A stretch of 29,568 bases of DNA from a virus (lineage: Duplodnaviria > Caudoviricetes): the IMG/VR virus record IMGVR_UViG_3300042863_000477, positions 1-29,568 of that record; one strand, written 5' to 3'. How positions within the stretch are numbered: the stretch's first letter is position 1; every line of letters starts with the position of its first letter. Positions 9,220 to 17,449 of the stretch are shown here, one piece after another. Under the pieces are notes generated by a model. The model had not been told where the DNA came from. It was given only the letters and a program-made list of their open reading frames with translations, and did no database searches. The position numbers and the translations under genes were made by a program.

Positions 9220-9897
9220 ATGAAAAGAAAAATCATAGAGTTTGCAAAACCTGAAGAATGGTACCCACCACTATCTTTGTCTAAACCTCCAGAGTGGTAC
9301 AATAAAGAAAAATTTACCAATATCTCTGATATGAAATCTTTACCAGATGAAAAAAATATTAGACAGTGTATTCCAGTTATGGATTCTTACTACTCTGGAT
9401 ACACAATAGAAACTCCATGCGACCTAGCAGTAAGAATAGAAAATACTAAACCAGTAATAACTTGGTCAACAGCATCAATTAATCCAGTAAAAATTAGAAG
9501 CCATGAAATAGCTGGAGGCTTACCAATTCCACATGGACACAATGATAGCCATTTTGTCTGGAATTTTGATATGGTCTTAAAAACACCTGCTGGTTACAGT
9601 CTTTTGATTACCCATCCTCTCAATAGATATGATTTGCCATTTACAACACTATCTGGAATAGTAGATGCTGATATTATGCTTCATCAAGGCACCCTGCCAT
9701 TTTTTATTAAAGAAGGCTTTGAGGGCTTTATCCCAAAAGGCACACCATATGCCCAAGTTCTTCCATTTAAAAGAGAGTCCTGGAAAAGCCAAGAAAATAA
9801 AGACCTCTATGAAAAAGGCAAGACCTTAACTATGCATTGTTCAGCCTCTAAAGGCTTCTATAGAAAGAACATCTGGCATAAAAAAGATTATAAATAA
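9220..9897 (+). CDS. Conserved phage protein, probable dUTPase-like beta-clip fold, function unknown
   Basis: Motifs PPEWY, IRQCIPVMDSYYSGYTI, LKTPAGYSLLITHP, TTLSGIVDAD, IPKGTPYAQVLPFKRESW. No glycine-rich C-terminal dUTPase motif V is visible. Confidence 0.55.
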   Translation: MKRKIIEFAKPEEWYPPLSLSKPPEWYNKEKFTNISDMKSLPDEKNIRQCIPVMDSYYSGYTIETPCDLAVRIENTKPVITWSTASINPVKIRSHEIAGGLPIPHGHNDSHFVWNFDMVLKTPAGYSLLITHPLNRYDLPFTTLSGIVDADIMLHQGTLPFFIKEGFEGFIPKGTPYAQVLPFKRESWKSQENKDLYEKGKTLTMHCSASKGFYRKNIWHKKDYK

Positions 9898-9901
9898 TCC
9901 C

Positions 9902-9944
9902 TGCTATAATTAGATTATACCAATTAGGGGATATGTGAACCAGA
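9902..9944 (+). promoter_or_regulatory. Extended -10 promoter TGcTATAAT plus leader motif TAGGGGATATGTGAAC
   Basis: TATAAT at 9905-9910; motif at 9925-9940 matches 5242-5257 at 15 of 16 positions. Confidence 0.6.
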
Positions 9945-11714
9945 TTGTCAAATAAAGACTTTAAAGTTAAAAATAATTTGCAGGTATCAGGAATTACTTC
10001 TGAAGGCCCACTTATTTCTGATGCATTTGGCAACATTGATTCAACTTCTTCAATTGCAACACAATTTGGCGGAACAGGCACAACAACTGCTCCATCTTCT
10101 GGACAAATATTATATTCACAATCAGGAACAAATTATGCTCCTGCCACATTTTCATCTTTGCCAGGATTAGTTTCTTCAGGATTAACAGCATCTAGACCTG
10201 CATCTCCTACATCTGGACAATTATATTTAAATACATCTACTGGTCAATTAGAAGTTTATTCAAATAGTAATTGGTATGCTATAGCCTTAGCACCTTCCGC
10301 ACCAACCATTGGTGCCGCAACAAATCAACCTTCGGGTCGTGCATATAACAACGGACAAGCATCAGTTGCTTTTAGCGCACCAACAACTTTAGGTATTCCA
10401 GCAAGCTATACAGTTACTTCATCTCCTGGCTCTTTTACTGCTACTGGATCATCATCGCCAATAGTAGTTACAGGCCTTCAATCAGCAACATCTTATACTT
10501 ATAGGGTAACTGCAACTAATGGATACGGTACATCAAGTCAATCATCTGCATCCAGCGCAGTTACTGCTACTACAGTTCCACAAGCACCTACAATTTCATC
10601 AGTCACTAGTAGTAGCGGAAGCGCAAGTGTAGCGTATACAGCAGGAGCAACAGGCGGATCTACTATTACATCGTTTACAGCGACTTCTTCTCCAGGTGGA
10701 CTTACAGGAACTGGCACTAGTCCAATTACAGTTTCTGGACTTACAAACGGAACATCTTATACTTTTACAGTAACAGCAACTAATGCTAATGGAACATCTG
10801 AGCCAAGTAGCGCAAGCAGTAGCGTAACTCCTGTAGCTATATTAGCAACAGGTGGAACACCTGCATCAGATGCAACATATTATTATAGAACATTTACTGG
10901 AAACGGAACACTTGGCGTTTCTGGAGGATCTATAACTGCAGATATTCTTGTAGTTGCAGGAGGAGGGGCTGGTACTGGTGGATTTTATGGAGCTGGAGGA
11001 GGAGCTGGAGGATTACAAAGCTTTTCTTCACAAAATCTTTCTATAGGAAATTATTCTGTAACAGTTGGAGCAGGCGGAGCACAGCAATCTAATTCTGTAA
11101 GTACTGGTGGATCTGGAAATAACTCTACCTTTGCTTCTTTAAATGCATCAGTAGGAGGAGGATGTAATAATGGTACTAGCGGTAGAGATGGTGGATGTGG
11201 CGCAGGCGGTCTAGGGGTAACAACTCCAAACACAGTAGCAGGTCCTGTTGGAACTGGCTCTCAAGGTTATAATGGAGGAAGCGGATCAGTTAATTCAGTT
11301 CCAGGAGGACAAAATTCAGGCGGTGGCGGTGGTGGTATGGGCGGAGCAGGAGGAAATTCAACTCAATACACAGATGGAGGGTCTCCAAGAGGAACTCCAG
11401 GAAATGGTGGAGTAGGTTCTTCTGCATTTTCAACATGGGCTTCCGCAACATCAACTGGAGACTCAGGTTTTTATTCTGGAGGAGGAGGAGGATCTTCACA
11501 GGGCGAAGGTGGCGGCGCCACAAGAGCTTCTGGAGGCACTGGAGGTGGAGGTGCTGGAAGTACAGGTTATAGCACTGCTCCAGATCCTGGAACAGCTAAT
11601 ACTGGCGGAGGCGGAGGCGCATCAGGTTGGGGAAACTTTAACTCTGGAAGATCAGGGGCTGGCGGTTCAGGAATTGTAATTGTTAGGTATTCACGAGCAT
11701 CGGTGGGTGGATAA
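9945..11714 (+). CDS. KDFKVK-anchored FN3x2 + Gly-rich fibre protein (tip type B), TTG start
   Basis: MSNKDFKVKNNL...GGTG...TASRPASP..GQLYLN, two FN3 repeats, SDATYYYRTF, Gly-rich domain, ends RYSRASVGG. Confidence 0.85.
   Translation: MSNKDFKVKNNLQVSGITSEGPLISDAFGNIDSTSSIATQFGGTGTTTAPSSGQILYSQSGTNYAPATFSSLPGLVSSGLTASRPASPTSGQLYLNTSTGQLEVYSNSNWYAIALAPSAPTIGAATNQPSGRAYNNGQASVAFSAPTTLGIPASYTVTSSPGSFTATGSSSPIVVTGLQSATSYTYRVTATNGYGTSSQSSASSAVTATTVPQAPTISSVTSSSGSASVAYTAGATGGSTITSFTATSSPGGLTGTGTSPITVSGLTNGTSYTFTVTATNANGTSEPSSASSSVTPVAILATGGTPASDATYYYRTFTGNGTLGVSGGSITADILVVAGGGAGTGGFYGAGGGAGGLQSFSSQNLSIGNYSVTVGAGGAQQSNSVSTGGSGNNSTFASLNASVGGGCNNGTSGRDGGCGAGGLGVTTPNTVAGPVGTGSQGYNGGSGSVNSVPGGQNSGGGGGGMGGAGGNSTQYTDGGSPRGTPGNGGVGSSAFSTWASATSTGDSGFYSGGGGGSSQGEGGGATRASGGTGGGGAGSTGYSTAPDPGTANTGGGGGASGWGNFNSGRSGAGGSGIVIVRYSRASVGG
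10482..10592 (+). repeat. 111-bp exact direct repeat, copy 1 (copy 2 at 12251-12361)
   Basis: tcagcaacatcttatacttataggg...caagcacctaca is identical in both copies; near-identity extends about 80 bp upstream. Confidence 0.9.
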
Positions 11715-13477
11715 TGGCTAATAAAGATTTTAAAATAAAAAATAAATTAATTATATCTGGTATAAGCACTTCTGGAATTTTAAATATTGATTCACAAGGA
11801 AATGTTTCTTCATCTTCTTATTTAGTTCCAATTCAAGGAGGCACTGGGGCAACTACAGCGCCATCTTCAGGACAAATTTTATATAGTTCATCTGGCACTA
11901 ATTATAGCCCAACCACACTCTCTTCTTTGCCAGGATTAATAACATCAGGTCTAACAGGATCAAGACCAGCATCACCAGAAACTGGACAATTGTATTATAA
12001 TACTTCATTAATGCAATTAGAATTTTATATTAACGGCAATTGGTATACTGTAGCTTCAGCACCTTCCGCCCCAACTATTGGTGTTGCAACAAATCAACCT
12101 TCAAGCCGTTCATATAATAATGGTCAAGCATCAGTTGCTTTTACGCCAGCAACAAGCTCAGGACTTGCAGCAAGCTATACAGTTACTTCATCTCCTGGTT
12201 CTTTTACTGCTACTGGATCTTCATCGCCAATAGTGGTTACTGGACTACAGTCAGCAACATCTTATACTTATAGGGTAACTGCAACTAATGGATACGGTAC
12301 ATCAAGTCAATCATCTGCATCCAGCGCAGTTACTGCTACTACAGTTCCACAAGCACCTACAGTCTCTGCCGTATCTGGTAACACAAATGCAGCATTAACT
12401 ATTACGCCAGGTGCAACTGGTGGATCTTCAATAACAAGCTATTCAATAGTTTCAAGCCCAGTTACAACAACACAAACAACATCAAATACTTCTTACACAT
12501 TTACTGGTTTAACTAATGGAACTTCATATACATTTACAGCTACAGCAACTAATGCAAACGGAACTTCTTTAGCATCTAGTGCATCTTCTAGCATAACTCC
12601 AGTTGATCCATACCCTGTAGTATCTGGAGGTACCTCTGCATCGGATGCAACTTACTACTATAGAACATTTACTGGAAACAATAATTTAGTTGTTTCAAAT
12701 GCTGCATTAACTGCTGATATTTTGGTTATAGCTGGTGGAGGAGCTGGTGGATATGGATATGGAGGCGGAGGTGGAGCTGGAGAAATAAGATATGTTTCGT
12801 CTAGAAATATACCAATAGGAACATATGCTTGTGTTATTGGTGCTGGAGGAGTTAGAAATACTGTTGGTGACAATGGGGTAGATAGTTCAATTACTTCATT
12901 AACAATATTAGCAAAAGGTGGCGGTGGTGGAGGCCATGCTAGCGCCGTTGGTGGAGCCAATGGAGGTTCAGGTGGAGGCGCAGGAGGAAATCAAGGAAGC
13001 AGTCCCGTTTCAGCTAGCGGAGGAAGTAAAGTTTCTGGTTCTGGAGGAACTGGCTATGGAAATGTTGGAGGTTCAACAACTGGAAACTCAAATGGCCAAT
13101 ATCCAGGAAATGCTGGTGGAGGTGGAGCAGGCGCTGCTGGAGGTAATGCAAACAACCCATCACAAGCTGGTTCTGGAGGATCAGGTGGTAGCGGGTTAAA
13201 TACTTGGTCCACTTGGGCAAGTGTTACTTCAACAGGCGTTGGTGGGTTTTATGCAGGCGGCGGCGGTGGAGGTGCTGGACAGGGAGCTTATGGAGGAGGA
13301 ATATCTTTTGGTGCTGGAGGTTCAGGAGGCGGTGGCGGAGTAGGAGGAAACGGATCTGCAAATACTGGTAGTGGTGGCGGTGGATCTATGAATGCTGGAA
13401 TCTTTTCTTCTCCAGCGGGTGCTGGCGGATCAGGTTTAATTATTTTTAGATATACTAGATCTCAGGTGGGAGGATAA
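11714..13477 (+). CDS. KDFKIK-anchored FN3x2 + Gly-rich fibre protein (tip type B)
   Basis: Same architecture as 9945; TAATG coupling at both ends. Confidence 0.85.
   Translation: MANKDFKIKNKLIISGISTSGILNIDSQGNVSSSSYLVPIQGGTGATTAPSSGQILYSSSGTNYSPTTLSSLPGLITSGLTGSRPASPETGQLYYNTSLMQLEFYINGNWYTVASAPSAPTIGVATNQPSSRSYNNGQASVAFTPATSSGLAASYTVTSSPGSFTATGSSSPIVVTGLQSATSYTYRVTATNGYGTSSQSSASSAVTATTVPQAPTVSAVSGNTNAALTITPGATGGSSITSYSIVSSPVTTTQTTSNTSYTFTGLTNGTSYTFTATATNANGTSLASSASSSITPVDPYPVVSGGTSASDATYYYRTFTGNNNLVVSNAALTADILVIAGGGAGGYGYGGGGGAGEIRYVSSRNIPIGTYACVIGAGGVRNTVGDNGVDSSITSLTILAKGGGGGGHASAVGGANGGSGGGAGGNQGSSPVSASGGSKVSGSGGTGYGNVGGSTTGNSNGQYPGNAGGGGAGAAGGNANNPSQAGSGGSGGSGLNTWSTWASVTSTGVGGFYAGGGGGGAGQGAYGGGISFGAGGSGGGGGVGGNGSANTGSGGGGSMNAGIFSSPAGAGGSGLIIFRYTRSQVGG
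12251..12361 (+). repeat. 111-bp exact direct repeat, copy 2
   Basis: Identical to 10482-10592. Confidence 0.9.
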
Positions 13478-15123
13478 TGGCAAACAAAGATTTTAAAGTA
13501 AAAAATAAACTACAAGTAGGTGGTATTACAACATCTGGTGTTGTAACTGCTGACTCAAATGGAAACATTGATTCCACCAGCGCCTTGCCTATTTCTAATG
13601 GGGGAACAGGAATAACAACATCTCCTACTTCAAATCAAACTCTTTATAGCCAATCAGGAACAACTTATGCACCAATAAATTTTTCTAGTTTGCCTGGAGT
13701 CGTTGGATCTGGAGACACTTCTTCCCGCCCAGCATCACCATCATCAGGGCAATTATATTATAATTCAGAAATAAATGAACTAGAAGTATATCATAGCGGT
13801 AATTGGTATATTTCAACTAAATCACCTTCCGCCCCAACCATTGGTACTCCTACAAATCAACCTTCAGGACGAGCTTATAATAATGGACAAGCATCAGTTG
13901 CTTTTACACCAGCAACAACTTCAGGTCCTGCAGGAAGTTTTACTGTTACTTCATCTCCTGGTTCTTACACCGCTAGCGGTACATCGTCACCAATAATTAT
14001 TACTGGCCTTCAGTCAGCAACAGCATATACTTATACCGTATCTGCTGTTAATGGATATGGATCTTCAATATCATCTGCTAGTAGTTCTGTTACAGCAACT
14101 ACTGTTCCACAAGCACCTACAATTGGTACAGCGACTGCAAGAAATGCAAGCGCAACTGTAACATATACAGCAGGTGCAACAGGTGGTTCTGCTGTTACAA
14201 CATACACAGCAACTTCTTCTCCAGGCGGATTTACAGGAACTGGATCGTCACCAATTACTGTTTCAGGACTTACTAACGGAACAGCCTATACTTTTACGGT
14301 TACCGCAACTAATACAAATGGAACATCATTAGCAAGCTCTTCAAGCAACTCCGTAACACCTTTACTTTTATCAACAGTTACTGGTGGAACACTTACGGAT
14401 GATGCCACTTATTACTACCGAAGATTTAATGCTAATGACACATTAACAGTATCTGATACAGCATTGGTTGCTGATTTTGTAGTTGTTTCTGGTGGTGGAG
14501 GTTCAGGGTCTCTTCAAGCATTGACAGCTGTTGGTGGTGGTAAATTCGCACGAACCGTTCCTGGCGGCGGCGGAGCAGGAGGCGTAACAGTATTTAGTGG
14601 TTTAACTGTACCAGTTGGAAATACAGCAATTACTATTGGCGCAGGTGGCAGTGGAGGCGGCGCTGGGGGAAATGGCTCAGGCTCCGATGCTAGTGGTCTT
14701 TGTGGCACATCAGGAGGCGGTAATGGAGTTGGCGCTCATACTGCAAACACTGGTGGTTCTGGAGGCGGTGGAGGAGCATATGCTGATGATAGAGATCCTG
14801 CTTACGGAACCGTTGCCCGTGGATTAGGAATTGCTGGTCAAGGTTACAATGGAGGAAATGGATTTTTTTCAGGCTCTACTTCATCCAATGCTCAAATGGG
14901 AGGCGGCGGAGGTGGAGGAGCAGGAGGAGTTGGCGGAAATGGAGGAGCTAATAGTAATGGCTCAGGAGGTCCAGCACTTAGCACATTCGCAGGAAGTTTT
15001 GGTTCTGGATCAGGTGGTAATAGTGGCGGTGCAGGTGCTGCCAATACAGGAAACGGTGGTGGCTCTGGCGGCGGTGGATCAGGAACTATAATTATGAGAT
15101 ATTTAAAAACTGCAGCAGTATAA
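13477..15123 (+). CDS. KDFKVK-anchored FN3x2 + Gly-rich fibre protein (tip type B)
   Basis: Same architecture; DDATYYYRRF strand; ends RYLKTAAV. Confidence 0.85.
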   Translation: MANKDFKVKNKLQVGGITTSGVVTADSNGNIDSTSALPISNGGTGITTSPTSNQTLYSQSGTTYAPINFSSLPGVVGSGDTSSRPASPSSGQLYYNSEINELEVYHSGNWYISTKSPSAPTIGTPTNQPSGRAYNNGQASVAFTPATTSGPAGSFTVTSSPGSYTASGTSSPIIITGLQSATAYTYTVSAVNGYGSSISSASSSVTATTVPQAPTIGTATARNASATVTYTAGATGGSAVTTYTATSSPGGFTGTGSSPITVSGLTNGTAYTFTVTATNTNGTSLASSSSNSVTPLLLSTVTGGTLTDDATYYYRRFNANDTLTVSDTALVADFVVVSGGGGSGSLQALTAVGGGKFARTVPGGGGAGGVTVFSGLTVPVGNTAITIGAGGSGGGAGGNGSGSDASGLCGTSGGGNGVGAHTANTGGSGGGGGAYADDRDPAYGTVARGLGIAGQGYNGGNGFFSGSTSSNAQMGGGGGGGAGGVGGNGGANSNGSGGPALSTFAGSFGSGSGGNSGGAGAANTGNGGGSGGGGSGTIIMRYLKTAAV

Positions 15124-15126
15124 GCA

Positions 15127-15155
15127 TTTACAACAACTGCTTAAAATAGTAGAAT
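15127..15155 (+). promoter_or_regulatory. Promoter TTTACA-17-TAGAAT, probably driving a leaderless mRNA
   Basis: -10 at 15150-15155, with 7 nt between it and ATG 15163. Confidence 0.65.
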
Positions 15156-15162
15156 AGGTACT

Positions 15163-16164
15163 ATGAATCTAGTACAAAGATCAATATCTAATGGGGGAAA
15201 ATTAGTTCCTCTTATTATTCCCGCCAAAGAAACGGGCGGGACAGGATTAATGAACCCCTCTATTTTTATAGATGATGATGGAGATATCCTATGTATATTA
15301 AGACATATAAACTATACACTATATCATTCTGAAAATGATCAAAGATTTCCTAGCGTATGGGGACCATTAGCATATTTACATCCAGAAGAAGATCAAAGGT
15401 TAGTAACAGATAACTACCTTTGCCGACTTGATAAAGATTTAAATATAATTAATTGGACATTAATTGATACAACTAAATTAGATGTTAAGCCAATATGGAC
15501 ATTTGTTGGTTTAGAAGATGCCAGACTTGTTAAATGGGGTGGCAAATATTATGCTACAGGAGTTCGCAGAGACACAACGACCAACGGAGTTGGTCGTATG
15601 GAATTATCAGAGTTAAAGATTGATAAGATTAAATGGACGGCTAAAGAGATATCACGAATTAGAATACCAGCCCCAATAGATGAAAATTCATACTGTGAAA
15701 AGAATTGGATGCCTATAATTGATAAACCATTCCATTATATTAAATGGACTTCTCCAACTGAGCTTGTAAAAACTTTTCCTAAGCTGCCTGCTCGTTGTGA
15801 ACAAATAAGTCTTAAACAGGGCGTAGAGCCCGATACAGAACAACGTGGAGGATCTCAGATAATTAAATGGGGTAAATACTATATTGCCATTTCTCATGAA
15901 GTTGTTTTGTTTAAAAATTATATGAAGCAAAAGAATGGAACCTATAGACACCGCATATGTGTATGGAATGAAGATTTTGTTTTAGTGGGAGTTTCTCCTA
16001 CAAATTGGGCTTTTCTAGATGGGCAGATTGAGTTTTGTGCAGGAGCTGCAGAACATGATGGCAACCTTTTAGTCAGTTTTGGATTTCAAGATAATGCAGC
16101 TTTTGTATTACAAGTTCCTGGTGAAGTTATTAATACAATGATTGAAGAGGCTTTAAATGTTTAA
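15163..16164 (+). CDS. Five-bladed beta-propeller glycoside hydrolase/phosphorylase-like protein (GH130/GH43-like)
   Basis: Motifs MNPSI, GLEDARL, CEKNWMP, RGGSQ, IEFCAG, VSFGFQD. Confidence 0.65.
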   Translation: MNLVQRSISNGGKLVPLIIPAKETGGTGLMNPSIFIDDDGDILCILRHINYTLYHSENDQRFPSVWGPLAYLHPEEDQRLVTDNYLCRLDKDLNIINWTLIDTTKLDVKPIWTFVGLEDARLVKWGGKYYATGVRRDTTTNGVGRMELSELKIDKIKWTAKEISRIRIPAPIDENSYCEKNWMPIIDKPFHYIKWTSPTELVKTFPKLPARCEQISLKQGVEPDTEQRGGSQIIKWGKYYIAISHEVVLFKNYMKQKNGTYRHRICVWNEDFVLVGVSPTNWAFLDGQIEFCAGAAEHDGNLLVSFGFQDNAAFVLQVPGEVINTMIEEALNV

Positions 16165-17416
16165 GTCAATAAATGATTTAGTTGTTGATCTTTCTAAAGA
16201 TCCTTTTAATCCTATTTTAAGCTTTAAGATTGCAATGGAATATGAAAAGGCTGGACAAACAGCTTCTGCCGTTTCTTTCTATCTTCGTGCAGCAGAATAT
16301 GGATATAACTCTCATCCAGAATATGTATACACATCTCTTTTAAAATCTGCTCAATGTTTTGAAAATCAAAAAAATCGTGAAAGCACCGTACATAACTTAT
16401 TCTTAAAAGCTGTTGCATATATTCCAACAAGACCAGAGGCGTGGTTTCTTTTAGCAAGATACTGCGAAAGGGCAAAGCGTTGGCAAGAGGCATATACATT
16501 TTCTGAGACAGGTCTAATGTATACAAAAAATAAAGTAAACGCCCTTCCTACTTGGGTAGATTATCCAGGAGAGTACTGTTTGATATTTGAAAAAGCAGTT
16601 GCTGGTTGGTGGGTCGGCAGAAAAGATGAGTCATACGACTTGTTCCAAGAAATCCTTAAAAAAGATATAACGCATGGATACAGAACAGCAATTCTTGGCA
16701 ATCTTAAATTATTTGAAACAAGAGAATATATTGATCCACTAGAACCAGTAGTAACTAATTTTCGTAAACACTTTGATAGTGATGCCCCTATAATTATAGA
16801 TATTGGAACAAGAGATGGTGATGATGCTTACTATTTATATAAGAAATTAAATAGCACTAGGGTAATTGCTGTAGATGCTAATGTAAATGCTATTAGTCAA
16901 ACAAAATCTAATTACCCTTGGATGGATATTATTTATACAGCTATTACAGAAAAAGACGGGCAAACTGATTTCCATATTGTTAATGGTGAAGATAAAGAAT
17001 CTTCTGGTACATCTTCAGTATTTAATAAAGATAGATCTATTAGCCCCTCCCCAGAATACTATGCAGATAAGATACAGAAGATAACAGTCCCATCTACTCG
17101 TATGGACACCCTTCTATCAAATTTAGGGGTCAATGATAAGATAGATGTTGTAAAGGTAGATACAGAGGGATATAGCTGGCAAGTACTGCAAGGATTTGGG
17201 GACAGGCTAAAAGACGTTCGTTTATTTCATTTAGAGACTGAAAAAACTTCTGTCCATGATCACCACGTAACTACTGATAAGATTACAGAATTTATGAATA
17301 ACAACGGATTTGCCCTAATAGACGTTTCATACGAATGGGGCTGGAATATTGAAGACCAGGTTTGGGTTAATAAGGCTTTAGTAATTAGGCACCCAGAGTG
17401 TTTTAGTTCTAAATGA
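16157..17416 (+). CDS. TPR-repeat protein fused to an FkbM-family SAM-dependent methyltransferase
   Basis: N-terminal helical TPR-like part (AVSFYLRAAE, PTRPEAWFLLAR). C-terminal IIDIGTRDGDDA, VIAVDAN, TRMDTLL, IDVVKVDTEGYSWQVLQG (FkbM/Methyltransf_21 signature). Confidence 0.8.
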   Translation: MFKSINDLVVDLSKDPFNPILSFKIAMEYEKAGQTASAVSFYLRAAEYGYNSHPEYVYTSLLKSAQCFENQKNRESTVHNLFLKAVAYIPTRPEAWFLLARYCERAKRWQEAYTFSETGLMYTKNKVNALPTWVDYPGEYCLIFEKAVAGWWVGRKDESYDLFQEILKKDITHGYRTAILGNLKLFETREYIDPLEPVVTNFRKHFDSDAPIIIDIGTRDGDDAYYLYKKLNSTRVIAVDANVNAISQTKSNYPWMDIIYTAITEKDGQTDFHIVNGEDKESSGTSSVFNKDRSISPSPEYYADKIQKITVPSTRMDTLLSNLGVNDKIDVVKVDTEGYSWQVLQGFGDRLKDVRLFHLETEKTSVHDHHVTTDKITEFMNNNGFALIDVSYEWGWNIEDQVWVNKALVIRHPECFSSK

Positions 17417-17417
17417 T

Positions 17418-17443
17418 TGTTATAATATTTAAGGTGGTATAAT
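17418..17443 (+). promoter_or_regulatory. Two tandem extended -10 elements (TGtTATAAT, TGgTATAAT); the second predicts a leaderless mRNA
   Basis: TATAAT at 17421-17426 and 17438-17443; ATG 17450 follows the second after 6 nt. Confidence 0.6.
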
Positions 17444-17449
17444 TTTAAA

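Noticed and set aside
395-14708. Pro-rich minus-strand ORFs (e.g. 395-640, 2002-2523, 6472-6798, 8401-8673, 12658-12960, 14514-14708)
   Set aside because: Antisense shadows of GGN-rich codons in the Gly-rich genes; no independent expression signals seen.
1376-15123. Diversity-generating retroelement or invertase shufflon as the source of tip diversity
   Set aside because: No reverse transcriptase or recombinase in the window, no TR/VR pair with adenine-specific mismatches seen, and all cassettes are co-oriented full genes.
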